Shown: positions 23,368 to 36,447 of the stretch, piece by piece
How positions within the stretch are numbered: position 1 is the stretch's first letter
Layout of the letters: every line of letters begins with the position of its first letter
Source of the DNA: Vicinamibacteria bacterium
GTDB taxonomy: Bacteria > Acidobacteriota > Vicinamibacteria > Vicinamibacterales > JAENWD01
NCBI GenBank assembly: GCA_963800785.1
Contig: CAWDCH010000019.1
Span: 234,088 to 298,087 of the forward strand
Reading direction: 5' to 3'
DNA: 64,000 nucleotides
Program-made: the position numbers and the translations under genes
Notes under the pieces: generated by a model
The model's input: only the letters and a program-made list of their open reading frames with translations
What the model was told of the DNA's origin: nothing
Databases searched by the model: none

Positions 23368-23451
23368 CGAGGAAACCGCTATCGTCCACTGGCGCGCGAC
23401 CAGTCGTCAAGATTATGCTGGTTACGATTTCATAACATATCGAAATGGCAT

Positions 23452-23480
23452 TTGACCGTCGTGGTCCGACCTCCTATACT
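23452..23480 (+). promoter_or_regulatory. sigma70 promoter for leader-asd-lysC
   Basis: TTGACC (23452-23457), 17 bp, TATACT (23475-23480). Confidence 0.75.
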
Positions 23481-23488
23481 TGGCGGCA

Positions 23489-23584
23489 ATGTTGCTCACC
23501 CGGTCGGCCATCGTCATTACCAGCACCACCATGCGAAAGCATGGCGGCCGCGACGGTGGTGTATCCGGGCTCGACGCGCGATAG
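23489..23584 (+). CDS. Thr/Ile-rich attenuator leader peptide (31 aa)
   Basis: MLLTRSAIVITSTTMRKHGGRDGGVSGLDAR*, followed by a terminator and complementary antiterminator segments. Confidence 0.75.
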   Translation: MLLTRSAIVITSTTMRKHGGRDGGVSGLDAR

Positions 23585-23612
23585 ACGCAAGAGCAAAAGC
23601 GAGCAAAGACAC

Positions 23613-23650
23613 CCGCCGACGCGGCACCAGCCGGTCGGCGGTTTTTTTTT
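23613..23650 (+). terminator. Attenuator terminator hairpin with T9 tract
   Basis: CCGCCGAC...GTCGGCGG then TTTTTTTTT. Confidence 0.88.
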
Positions 23651-23841
23651 GCGCTGGCGGTGTCATACGGAATGCGGGGTTGCCTGACCGAGGAGGGCCA
23701 ACTTCAGTCGCCAACGGCCGCAGCGCCCCACCTTTCGTTGCTGACTGAGGGGTGCCACGGCCGTACGGCCCGATTTTCGTCGGGCTGCCGAAGACAGTTG
23801 TGGAGGCGGGTTTCAGCCCCGCCAGAAGGAGCACACGGGCA

Positions 23842-24912
23842 ATGTCGCAACGAATTGACGTCGGCGTCCTCGGCGCCACCGGCATGGTGGGCCAGCAGTT
23901 CATCGCGCAGCTTGCCAACCATCCCTGGTTTCGACCGACCTGGCTGGGCGCGAGCGAGCGGTCGGCGGGGCAGTTGTACCGCGACGCCGCCCCCTGGCGG
24001 CTGCCCGCGTCAATGCCGAACGACATCGCGAGCCTGGTCGTTCAGGAGGCGCGGCCGGGCAAGGGTGCGCCCGAGCTCGTGTTCTCGGCGATGGACGCCT
24101 CGGTCGCCGGCGAGATCGAAGAAGCCTTCGCCAAGGCCGGGCACATCGTGGTGAGCAACTCGCGCAACCATCGCATGTCGCCGGACGTGCCGCTGCTGGT
24201 GCCCGAGATCAACAGCGATCACATCGCGCTCATCGAGGCTCAGCGTCGCGCCCGCGGCTGGTCGGGGGCACTGGTGACCAACCCGAACTGCTCGACCGTG
24301 TTTCTCGCGATGGCGCTCGCACCTCTTCGGCAGTACGGCCTCACGTCGGCGCTGGTGACGACGCTTCAAGCCTTGTCGGGGGCAGGGTACCCGGGTGTGG
24401 CGTCGCTCGACGCGGTCGGGAATGTCGTGCCGTTCATCTCGGGCGAAGAAGCCAAAATCGAGAGCGAACCCCGGAAGATCCTCGGAAGCTTCGAGAACGG
24501 CCAGGTCGTGCCGCATCCCGTCGTGCTGAGCGCTTCCACGACGCGCGTACCCGTCGTGAATGGGCATACGGAATCCGTATCGGTGGCGCTCGAGGCAAAG
24601 CCGTCGCTCGAGGACGTTCGTCATGCGCTCGTCAGCTTCTCCGGCACGCCGCAGCGCCATCAGCTTCCGTCTGCGCCGGCCAGCCCGATCGTCTATCTCA
24701 CAGAAGAGAATCGTCCCCAGCCCCGGCTCGACGTGGATCGCGACGGCGGCATGACCGTCACTGTCGGCCGGCTGCGTACTTGTCCGATTCTTGGCTACAA
24801 ATTCTTCGTGCTTGGTCACAACACGGTGCGCGGTGCGGCAGGCGCCGCGGTGTTGAACGCCGAACTGCTCGTGGCGGAGGGAGTCCTCGCTTCGCCGGCA
24901 CTGCGAGGGTGA
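23842..24912 (+). CDS. asd: Aspartate-semialdehyde dehydrogenase (archaeal/eukaryote-like type)
   Basis: GATGMVGQ, NPNCST, QALSGAGY, GHNTVRGAAG. Confidence 0.96.
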   Translation: MSQRIDVGVLGATGMVGQQFIAQLANHPWFRPTWLGASERSAGQLYRDAAPWRLPASMPNDIASLVVQEARPGKGAPELVFSAMDASVAGEIEEAFAKAGHIVVSNSRNHRMSPDVPLLVPEINSDHIALIEAQRRARGWSGALVTNPNCSTVFLAMALAPLRQYGLTSALVTTLQALSGAGYPGVASLDAVGNVVPFISGEEAKIESEPRKILGSFENGQVVPHPVVLSASTTRVPVVNGHTESVSVALEAKPSLEDVRHALVSFSGTPQRHQLPSAPASPIVYLTEENRPQPRLDVDRDGGMTVTVGRLRTCPILGYKFFVLGHNTVRGAAGAAVLNAELLVAEGVLASPALRG

Positions 24913-24916
24913 GCGC

Positions 24917-26318
24917 ATGCGCGTCCTGAAATTTGGCGGTACGTCGGTCGCCGACGACACGGCCATCGCGCGAGTGGTCGCGATCGTGGCGGCTGAGGCC
25001 CAAGCGGCGGGATCGAACGCCGGCCCCGTGGTGGTGGTGTCAGCCCTCGGTGGCGTGACCGATCAACTGCTCGATGCGGCGACGATCGCCCGACGCGGGC
25101 ATGGTGTCGACGCCGCAGCGCGCATCGCGGCGCTACGCGAGCGACACCACCATGTGCTCGACGCCTCTGCGGCCGGCGCGGCGGACCAGGTCAGGCCGTT
25201 CGTCGAGGAACAGTTCGCGCACCTGGCGGCGATGGTCGATGCACTGTCGGTGCTGCGCGAGGCAACGCCTCGCTCGATCGATGCCATTGCCGCGATGGGC
25301 GAGATTATCAGCTCACGCATCGTGACTGCGGCGCTCGTTCACGCGGGACTGCGTGCCGTGGTCGTCGATCCACGCGAGCTCATCCTCACGGACGATCACT
25401 TCACGTCTGCGGTCCCCCAGATGGAATCGACGGGTGCCCAGGTGCGCGATCGTCTGCGCCCGCTGCTCTCAGCGGGAAACGTTGTCGTCACCGGCGGCTT
25501 TGTCGGGGCGACGCGATCGGGAGGGACCACGACGCTGGGGCGAGGTGGATCCGACTACTCGGCGTCGATTCTCGGCGCGGCGCTCGAGGCTACCGAGATC
25601 CAGATCTGGACCGACGTCGACGGCATGCTCTCCGCCGATCCGAGGATCGTGGATACCGCTCCTCGTGCCCGCGCTTTCGTTTGCCGAGGCGGCGGAGCTC
25701 GCCTATTTCGGCGCCAAGGTCCTGCACCCCAAAACGATCCACCCGGCGGCGGCGCGAAATATTCCGGTGCGTATCCTCAACACATTCCGGCCGGCGGCTG
25801 GCGGCACGATCATCGCGAACACCGGTGCCCCGGATCCGCCGCCGGTGACGGCGCTCGCGTGCAAGAAGGGCATCACCGTCATCACGATCACGTCGACGGG
25901 GATGCTGATGGCGCACGGCTATATGCGCCGCATCTTCGAGGTGTTCGAGCGCTTCCGGACGTCGGTGGACGTCGTCTCGACCTCTGAGGTCAGCGTCTCG
26001 GTCACCATCGACGATGCCACCCATCTCGAAGCGATCGTCGCCGGCCTCTCCGCCTTTGCGGAAGTGAATATCGCGAACGATCTCGCCCTGGTAGCGGTCG
26101 TGGGGGAGGGGTACGGGACCGACCCCGGCGCGTTCACGCGGGTGGTCCGGGCACTGGAAGGAATTCCTTTGCGCCTCGTGTCGCAGGCAGACGCCCGCCG
26201 GAACGTCACGCTGGTCATCGACGAGGACGATTTGCCGCGCGCGATGGGCCAACTTCATGCAGAATTCTTCCGGTCAGCTCCCCGACACTCCGCAGCTGCC
26301 TCGGAAGTGGGCGCCTGA
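24917..26318 (+). CDS. lysC: Aspartate kinase with one frameshift near 25655
   Basis: KFGGTSV, TLGRGGSDYSA, WTDVDG in frame 1; EAAELAYFGAKVLHP and ACT domains in a second frame. Confidence 0.9.
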
Positions 26319-26320
26319 AC

Positions 26321-27235
26321 ATGGACCTTCGCCAGCTCGAGATCCTCAAGGCCGTCGCCGAGACGGGGTCGTTTACCGGCGCCGGCCGCCGGTTGCACGT
26401 GTCGCAGTCGGCGATCAGCCGGCAGATCCTGCTGCTCGAGGCGGAGCTGAACGAGCCGCTGTTCTGGCGAATCAAGCGCAAGGTGAAGATCACACCGGCG
26501 GGAGAAGCCCTGCTCCAGCTGTCGCTCCGAGTCTTCGACGACATCCGCGAGACCACCGATCGGCTGAGCGAGACACAACAGAAGCTGACCGGCACGATCC
26601 GGCTCGTTGGCGGCATGACCGTCTCGATCTACGTGTTTCCGACGCTCCTGAAGGAGTTCCAGGGGTTGCATCCCGACGTCGACGTGAAGGTGATGACCGG
26701 CCCGGCCGACCGCCTGGTGCGGCGTCTGCGCGCCGGGACAGTGGATCTCGGACTGCTGACGCTGCCGGTCAGCGAGCCCGACCTGGTGACTCGCCCGGTG
26801 ATGCGGGAAGAGCTGCAGTTGGTCACCTACCCGGGGCATCCGATGGCGCAGAAGAAGCGCGTCGAGGCGCAGGATCTCAACAAGTTGCCGTTCATCCTGT
26901 ACGAATCGGGATCGAACACGCGCCGCGTCATCGACGAGTTCTTCGTGCGCCAGCAGGTGCAGCCGAAGATCGTCATGGAGACGGAGAACGTCGAGATCAT
27001 CAAGGCGATGGTCGCCAGCGGCATCGGATCGACGCTCATTTCGAACCAGGCGATCGAGCGCGAGGTGAAGTCGGGCGTTCTCGTCGCTCATCGCATCCAG
27101 GGGCAGCCGCTCGTCCGCGAGACCGGATGGGTCTACCTGAAGGCGAATCGCGTGCCGAGGAAGATCAGCGAGATGATCCGCGTGCTCGACGAGCTGCTGC
27201 CGAAGATGGGCCTGACGCAGACCGTTGCGACGTAG
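26321..27235 (+). CDS. LysR family transcriptional regulator
   Basis: GSFTGAGRRLHVSQSAISRQILLLE HTH; 304 aa. Confidence 0.95.
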   Translation: MDLRQLEILKAVAETGSFTGAGRRLHVSQSAISRQILLLEAELNEPLFWRIKRKVKITPAGEALLQLSLRVFDDIRETTDRLSETQQKLTGTIRLVGGMTVSIYVFPTLLKEFQGLHPDVDVKVMTGPADRLVRRLRAGTVDLGLLTLPVSEPDLVTRPVMREELQLVTYPGHPMAQKKRVEAQDLNKLPFILYESGSNTRRVIDEFFVRQQVQPKIVMETENVEIIKAMVASGIGSTLISNQAIEREVKSGVLVAHRIQGQPLVRETGWVYLKANRVPRKISEMIRVLDELLPKMGLTQTVAT

Positions 27236-27259
27236 TCTCCTTCGTCGGCCCGCGAGTTC

Positions 27260-28498
27260 GTGAAGTACGACGCCATCGTTCTCGGCGCAGGGGCCGCGGG
27301 GCTGTTCTGCGCCGCCGTCGCCGGGCAGCGCGGGCGCAAAGTGGTCGTGCTCGAGCGCAACCGCGAGCCAGGCCGGAAGATCCTGATTTCGGGCGGCGGA
27401 CGCTGCAACTTCACGAACCTCCACTGCGGACCGGAGTACTTTCTTTCGAGCAACCCCGCATTCGCCCGATCAGCGCTCGCCCGCTATCAGCCAGCCGATT
27501 TCATCGCGCTCGTCGAGCGTTACGGGATTGCCTATCACGAGAAGACGTTCGGGCAGCTGTTCTGCGACGGCTCGTCGCGGCAGATCCTTGATCTCCTGAT
27601 CGAGGCGTGCGGCAGCGGCGGCGTCGTTCTGCTGACCGGATGCGACGTGTCGATGGTGCGTGAAGGGTTCGTTGCAGAGACGTCGCGAGGCACATTCGAG
27701 GCTCCGGCGCTTGTCGTCGCAACGGGCGGGCTGTCGATTCCCAAGATTGGCGCGACCGATCTCGGCTATCGGATCGCGCGCCAGTTCGGCGTCAACGTCA
27801 TCGCGCCGCGTCCGGCGCTGGTGCCATTGCTCTTCGACGACGAGGATCGCCGCCGCTGGCGCGATCTGGCAGGAGTGGCCACCTCCTGCGCCGTCTCCGT
27901 TGTGGGGACAGTCCCCAACGGCACGAAACCCGTACCGTTGGGGACAGGCCCCACTGGCACGGGAGCAGTGCCAAAGGCGCCGATCTTTGAGGAACGGCTG
28001 TTATTTACGCATCGTGGTCTCAGTGGGCCGGCAATTTTGCAGGCATCGTCCTACTGGCGGCCACGTGCCCAGCTGACGATCGATCTGTTACCTCGAAGGC
28101 ACCTTGGTGCCGAACTCGTCAGGCGACGGGCCGCCGGCGATACGGCCTCGACGAAGACAGCCTTGGCGGCGCATCTGCCGAACCGCCTCGCCGATCGCTG
28201 GTTCGACGTGATGACGCAGCCATCCATCATCGCAACAACCGGGAACGACACGATCCGGGCCCTCGAAGACGGGCTGCACGCCTGGTCGGTCACGCCGGCG
28301 GGTACCGAAGGGTACGAGAAGGCTGAAGTCACGGCCGGCGGGGTGGACACGCGTGCGCTGTCGTCAACGACGATGGAAGTGCGGGCCCTGCGCGGTCTCT
28401 ACTTCATCGGCGAGGTGGTCGACGTCACCGGACATCTCGGCGGCTTCAACTTCCAGTGGGCGTGGGCATCCGGGAAGGCGGCGGGAGAGCGGCTCTAA
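27260..28498 (+). CDS. HI0933/YhiN (BaiN-like) flavoprotein
   Basis: GAGAAG, KILISGGGRCNFTN, ATGGLSIP, VTAGGV, GGFNFQWAWASG. Confidence 0.93.
   Translation: MKYDAIVLGAGAAGLFCAAVAGQRGRKVVVLERNREPGRKILISGGGRCNFTNLHCGPEYFLSSNPAFARSALARYQPADFIALVERYGIAYHEKTFGQLFCDGSSRQILDLLIEACGSGGVVLLTGCDVSMVREGFVAETSRGTFEAPALVVATGGLSIPKIGATDLGYRIARQFGVNVIAPRPALVPLLFDDEDRRRWRDLAGVATSCAVSVVGTVPNGTKPVPLGTGPTGTGAVPKAPIFEERLLFTHRGLSGPAILQASSYWRPRAQLTIDLLPRRHLGAELVRRRAAGDTASTKTALAAHLPNRLADRWFDVMTQPSIIATTGNDTIRALEDGLHAWSVTPAGTEGYEKAEVTAGGVDTRALSSTTMEVRALRGLYFIGEVVDVTGHLGGFNFQWAWASGKAAGERL
27902..27973. repeat. GGGGACAGTCCCC palindrome repeat inserted in frame in the flavoprotein gene
   Basis: GTGGGGACAGTCCCCAACGGCAC...CCGTTGGGGACAGGCCCCAC; same family is intergenic at 30742-30797. 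Confidence 0.75.
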
Positions 28499-28539
28499 AG
28501 GACGAAGGACGAAGGGACGAGGACGGGGGACACCGCACC

Positions 28540-28992
28540 CTACGTCATCAGCTTCGGGTGACACACGATTGGCCGCGGCTTCGACGAAAACACCTCCGGA
28601 AACTCCGGATGCTGCTGGTTGATCAGCACGTTCCACTCGAGTCCGGGAGCCGCCAGCGACGGGACCAGAAGCGCGAGCGAGCGATTCTCGTCGTACCACC
28701 GATCGCCGAACGCCTGGCTGACTGACTTGTCGTCGGTGTCCCAGCCGGGCACCGCCGACAACTCGATGCGCTCAAGGGCGTTCAGCGGTAGCTCGATCCG
28801 CGCGTAGACGAGCGTCGCCGGCAGTCGTTGTGCGTTCATTTGCGCCATCTTCTCGACCAGCGCCGTTGCATAGTGTTCGGCCGCATAGATGATCCGGCGG
28901 CCGCGCGAGTTCCAGCGCGCGTCATCGCTCGCCGCCGCACCGCTGCCGTCGAGCAATGGGTAGCGCAGGGAGCCGATGCGGAAGGCAATCAG
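28540..28992 (-). CDS. RES-domain toxin (MbcT/ParT-like)
   Basis: AFRI...GSGAA...RWN..G..IYAA...ALVE...GDRWY...LLVPS...NVLIN..HPEF; start uncertain (CTG at 28992). Confidence 0.85.
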   Translation of the reverse strand: MIAFRIGSLRYPLLDGSGAAASDDARWNSRGRRIIYAAEHYATALVEKMAQMNAQRLPATLVYARIELPLNALERIELSAVPGWDTDDKSVSQAFGDRWYDENRSLALLVPSLAAPGLEWNVLINQQHPEFPEVFSSKPRPIVCHPKLMT

Positions 28993-28996
28993 CCGC

Positions 28997-29428
28997 TTAA
29001 AGGGGGAGGCCTTGCTCGACACTGTGGAGCAGCTGCTCGACGCGCCGCGCGCCAAGCTCCGTCGAGGCGACCTCGATTGGCGGCCGATCGTCGAGGAGCG
29101 GATGGGTCCGGTTCAAGAAAGCCCGCGACTCGTCCTCGTCGTTCCAGATCGATTCCGAGAGCGCCACAACGCGCGCCAATCGTTCGGTTCGAGCGCTTTC
29201 TTCAGGACTCAGCCGCACGCGCCGTTTGAACGTCGCGACCGGGACGACGCGATAGACCAGCGAGGATGCGGGCGCGCCATCGGGGAGCGCGCGGCTCGCC
29301 ACGAGCTGCAATGAGCGCTTGGGCAGGCCGTCGCGCACCAGCTGTTCGAGCTCGCTCCAAGTGCGGACGGCTCGCTTGAGGACGGCCTTGCCGCCCAGAA
29401 CATCGGCGACGCGTTCTACAGCAAGCAT
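28997..29428 (-). CDS. Xre/MbcA/ParS-type antitoxin
   Basis: LSPEESARTERLARV...FLNRTHPLLDDRPPI...ELGARRVEQLL; immediately upstream of the RES toxin. Confidence 0.88.
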   Translation of the reverse strand: MLAVERVADVLGGKAVLKRAVRTWSELEQLVRDGLPKRSLQLVASRALPDGAPASSLVYRVVPVATFKRRVRLSPEESARTERLARVVALSESIWNDEDESRAFLNRTHPLLDDRPPIEVASTELGARRVEQLLHSVEQGLPL

Positions 29429-29561
29429 TGTGTCGACCCCATCGGTATCAGTATATCAGATGTATCGGCTCAGTTGATACCAACAATCCGGGGTGGAAGC
29501 CACTGCCACGCCTCAACCGTATTGCTGAAACGTTCGCGGTCACGGCACAATGATGGGTTGA

Positions 29562-30701
29562 ATGGCTCCCCTGCCGGGCAGACGGCGCATCCTTTCAATC
29601 CTTGCGACAGTCGCGCCGCTCCTGGCGCTCGGCCTGCTTCAGTCGTGCGGCGGCGGGAATCCCACGGGCCCAAGCCCTTCCGGGCCGACGCCGACCGTGA
29701 CCGCAGTCGCTCCCAATAGCGGGTCGACGCTGGGCGGCACAAAGGTGACGCTCACCGGCACGAATTTCAACGCCGGCGTGCTCATCACGTTTGGCGGTGT
29801 CGCAGCGACCGGCACGCAGGTCATGTCCTCGACGCAATTGACCACGACGACCGGCGAGCACGCTTCTGGCGCCGTCGACGTCGTCGTGACGCTCGGCACG
29901 CAGCGAGGCACTCTCCCGGGTGCCTTCACGTTTGTCGCGCCCTCGAAGTCGCCGAATGAATCGCCAACGATTACTTCGCTGAAGGCGCAAGGCAATCGGG
30001 CGGACGAGCCAGCACAATTTGCTGATCTTGGGGAGGAAATCGCGGTGACCGCCATCGTCACCGACGCGGAATCGTCGCCGGACGCCCTGACTTATGAGTG
30101 GAGCGCCGACATGGGCACGTTTAGCGGCACCGGCCGGGACGTGCGGTGGCGCGCGCCCACGAGCGGCTCTACGCCGGCGAAAGCGACGCTGACACTCGTC
30201 GTTGTCGAAAAGTACCAGACGACGAACGACATTGGGTTGCCCGTGACGGCCGAGAATCGCGTCACGAAAGCAGTCAGCGTCAGCGTGCACGATTCCGTTA
30301 AGGAAGTCGGCGACATGGCGACCGAGTTCCTGACGAACTTCTCGAAGTCTGACGTCTCCGTCAGCACGGTGATGAAGGATTTCACACCCAGTTGTTCGGG
30401 TACTGAGGAGGAGCGGAACGACGTCGAGGACAACCGGGCGGAGTACACAATCACCTCGTACACCATCGGATCCCCGACGGTGCGTATCGATTTCAATGGC
30501 CGCTGCCCCTATCGCGGCCAGTCAGGCGACGCATGCTCCGATTCGCGCGTCGAGTGGACGTCCAAAAAGAAGAACGACAACAGTACGGGTGTCGCGAAAG
30601 GCGTCGATCACATCGCCGCCGTCTACCGATCGAATCGCTGGTGGCTCTGCAGCAGCGACTTCGAAGGCGCCAACACCCTCGGCCCGCGGTTCATCAGATA
30701 A
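29562..30701 (+). CDS. IPT/TIG-domain lipoprotein
   Basis: Lipobox-like LQSC, PTVTAVAPNSGSTLGGTKVTLTGTNF, Ig-like second domain. Confidence 0.8.
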   Translation: MAPLPGRRRILSILATVAPLLALGLLQSCGGGNPTGPSPSGPTPTVTAVAPNSGSTLGGTKVTLTGTNFNAGVLITFGGVAATGTQVMSSTQLTTTTGEHASGAVDVVVTLGTQRGTLPGAFTFVAPSKSPNESPTITSLKAQGNRADEPAQFADLGEEIAVTAIVTDAESSPDALTYEWSADMGTFSGTGRDVRWRAPTSGSTPAKATLTLVVVEKYQTTNDIGLPVTAENRVTKAVSVSVHDSVKEVGDMATEFLTNFSKSDVSVSTVMKDFTPSCSGTEEERNDVEDNRAEYTITSYTIGSPTVRIDFNGRCPYRGQSGDACSDSRVEWTSKKKNDNSTGVAKGVDHIAAVYRSNRWWLCSSDFEGANTLGPRFIR

Positions 30702-30797
30702 ACCGTACGGGTGGCGGCAGGCCACACGCCCCCTGGGGCGATGGGGCCTGTCCCCCACATGGCACGGAAGCGGTGCCGTTGGGGACTGTCCCCACTA
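30702..30797. repeat. GGGGACTGTCCCC palindrome repeat cluster between convergent genes
   Basis: TGGGGCCTGTCCCCCA...GGCAC...GTGCCGTTGGGGACTGTCCCCAC. Confidence 0.7.
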
Positions 30798-32004
30798 CTT
30801 GGTCGGCGGGACGAGGACGTTGGCGACGATCAGGCCGCCGGCCAGCGCGAACGCGGTCAGGGCCGCGGTAAGCCCTGCCGACAAGCCGACTTCGACGTCC
30901 TGGCTCAGGAGCATCGTCAGACTCCGATACCCGATGCTGCCCGGCACGAGGAGCAACACGCCCGGGACGAGCGGCACGGACGCCGGCCCCAGCTTCAAGC
31001 GCTCATACAGATTGCTCGCCAGCCCCACCGTCAGCGCGCCGACCGACGCCCCGAGCACCTGACCCAGGCGATCGGCCCCGAGCGTGAAACCGAGGTAGCC
31101 CAGCCAGCTCGCCGCTGCGACCAGCGGGATGTCGCGCGGCCTCGCGCGGAGCAGCAGCGAAAACCCGAACGGCGCGACGAGGAGCGCGACGAACTGGGTC
31201 CAGGCGGGCAGATGACCTGCGGCGCCCGATCGGATCGGCGCGCCATACGCTGCTGCGACGATGGTCGTGCCCAGCGCGACCCCGAGTGCCATCGCGGCAA
31301 ATACGATGAACGCCGACGCCAGGCGCGCAGTGCCCGACGACAGATGCCGGCTCGCGAGCTCCGTCATCGCCACCGTCGTCGTCAGACCTGGGAGCAAGGT
31401 GATGATTCCCGCCAGCGTCGTTGTCGGAATCGAAACGCGAAACCCCTGCGCCGCCACAATCGAGACGAGCACCGATCCGACGAACGCCGCAGTGAGCTCG
31501 AAGACATGCAACGTGATCGTGAGGCGCTTGAACGCCAGCGCCAGCAGACCGATGATCAGGCCGACGCCGGTGCTGAGGATGACGTCGTTCACACCGCCGC
31601 CGAGGAAGCGGGCGCCGGCCGCCGACACGACAGCGTAGCCGAGGACGCGCAGCCACCAAGGATACGTCGGACGCTTGGCAACGATCTGCTCGATGCGCTT
31701 CGACCCTTCCCGCGGCGTCAGGTCGCCGGCGGATACGCCCTTGGCGACCGCATCCAGCGCCGACAGACGCCCGAGGTTGAGCTCACCGGGTTGCACGCGA
31801 ATCAAGTGCGTCCGCTGCGTATCAAGCGTGCCGAAAGCCGCGATGATCGCCGTCGGCGTCGTAAAGAACTGCCCGATCAGCCCCAGCCGCTCGCAAAATG
31901 TGCTTGAGCACATCTTCGAGGCTGTGCGCCGCATACCCCGAGGCGTGCAGCGCATGGGCAAGCCGCAGCACGAACAGCGACGCGTGTTGCTCCTCGGCAG
32001 GCAT
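30795..32004 (-). CDS. ThrE family threonine/serine exporter with one frameshift near 31896
   Basis: MPAEEQHASLFVLRLAHALHASG..LED joins CERLGL..FTTPT if one base of the AAAA run is removed; LLPGLTTTVAMTELA and LLVPGSIGYR motifs. Confidence 0.85.
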
Positions 32005-32098
32005 GCCGGGAGAGCATACCCCGAGCCCACCCTCGCGCCGGCTGGCCCGAGACGCGATATGATCAAAGACTCGCCGTCATTCTCGAGCCGCGACTGAG

Positions 32099-34804
<2,706 letters not shown>

Positions 34805-34808
<4 letters not shown>

Positions 34809-35884
34809 CTTCTGCCGACGTCAAGACGTACGCGCTGGAACTGGGGTTCGATCGGTGCGGCATCGCGCCGGTCGGGCCGTTCCCCGAGCTTGCGTTCTTC
34901 GACGAATGGCTGCGCCGCGGCTACGCGGGTACCATGACCTACCTGGGACGGTCGGCGCGAAAGCGTCGCGACCTCCGGGTGCTCGACCCGCACGCACGCT
35001 CGGTGGTCGTCACCGCCACGGTCTACAACACCGATCGTCCCTATTCGAACGAACAACGCGACCCACTCCGCGCCGTCGTCGCCCGGTATGCCTGGGGCGA
35101 CGATTACCACGTCATCGTGCGACAGCGGCTCGATGCGCTGCTCGACTGGATGCGCCAGGCACACCCCGAGCCGTTCGAGTCGCGTATTTACGTCGACACC
35201 GGCCCTATCCAGGAACGCGTCTTCGCGCAGTACGCGGGGCTCGGGTGGATTGGCAAGAACTCCTGTCTGATCGACCCGGAGCTCGGCTCGTGGCTGTTTC
35301 TCGGCTGCCTGATCTCCAGCCTCCCGCTGGAGTTCGACACGCCGGGGCTCGATCAATGCGGGGAGTGCACGGCGTGTCTCAGCGCGTGCCCGACCGGCGC
35401 GATTGTGGCGCCGCGCGAGCTCGACGCCACGCGCTGCATCTCCTACCTCACGATCGAGCAGGGCCGCGAGATCCCCGAGCCGCTGCGTCCGGCGATTCGC
35501 AACATGGTCTATGGCTGTGACATTTGCCAGGACGTCTGCCCCTGGAATCGCCGGGCCCACGCCACGGACGCTCCCGAATGGGAGCCACGTCCCGATTTGG
35601 ACTACAGCGAGCTCCTGGCTCTGTGGCGCAAGAGCGACAACGAATTGACGTCGCTTCTCGACGGTTCGCCGATGGAGCGAACGGGGATCGTGAAGCTGCG
35701 GCGAAACCTCGCGGTGGCTCTGGGCAACGCGATGGGAAGGTTGGCGGCGGACACGATTGACGGCGACGACGATCCCGCGCGTCCCACGATTCGAGCGCCG
35801 CTGGTGGCGTCGCACGTCATGTGGGCGCGCCAGCAATTACGACGGGACGAACCTGGAGCGCCGGCGACCGGTGGCACGGTATGA
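34805..35884 (+). CDS. queG: tRNA epoxyqueuosine reductase
   Basis: [48 protein letters not shown]; frame extends upstream to a CTG overlapping the acnA TGA. Confidence 0.93.
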
Positions 35885-35892
35885 TCGGAAAC

Positions 35893-36447
35893 ATGTCCGA
35901 TGCGCCTACACTCGCGCCGTCGCTGCTGCTCTCGATGCCGCAGCTTGACGATCCGAATTTCGCGCGGTCCGTCGTTCTGCTCTGTCAGCACGACACCGAC
36001 GGGGCGTTCGGTCTCGTCCTCAACCGTCCGGTCACGACCACAGCCAAGATCGTTCCGCAGGCCGAACCCGAGGCGGCGACCGAGCAGGAGATCGAGGTGT
36101 GGATCGGCGGTCCGGTCGAACCAGAGCGGAGCTGGATCCTGCTGAGCGATCCGGGGCTCGACGAGAACGCCGTCAAGGTCTGCGATGGCGTCTACCTCTC
36201 GACGTCGGCTCGCGTGCTGCAACACGTCATCGTCGATCCAGATCAATCGCGCGCCCGGCTGATCGCGGGCTATGCGGGCTGGGGACCGGGTCAGCTCGAC
36301 GAGGAAGTGGCTGCGTCGGCCTGGCTCACGGGCGACATCGATCTCGACATCGTCTTCCACACGCCTCCCGGTGAGATGTGGGAGCGCGCGATCCGTCGTC
36401 TCGGCGCGGAGCCCGGAAGTTTGCAACTGGGCAGCGGCGTTCATTGA
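35893..36447 (+). CDS. YqgE/AlgH family protein
   Basis: DPNFARSVVLLC, GLVLNRP, GGPV, GYAGWGPGQLDEE. Confidence 0.93.
   Translation: MSDAPTLAPSLLLSMPQLDDPNFARSVVLLCQHDTDGAFGLVLNRPVTTTAKIVPQAEPEAATEQEIEVWIGGPVEPERSWILLSDPGLDENAVKVCDGVYLSTSARVLQHVIVDPDQSRARLIAGYAGWGPGQLDEEVAASAWLTGDIDLDIVFHTPPGEMWERAIRRLGAEPGSLQLGSGVH

Noticed and set aside
23440-23840. T-box, lysine or SAM riboswitch in the asd leader
   Set aside because: No T-box (AAGGTGGTACC-like) or L-box/S-box consensus was recognised; the leader peptide plus terminator explains the region.
25640-25670. Programmed frameshift in lysC, acnA or ilvB
   Set aside because: No slippery heptamer or evident stimulator at any site, and no precedent known to me; sequencing indels are simpler.
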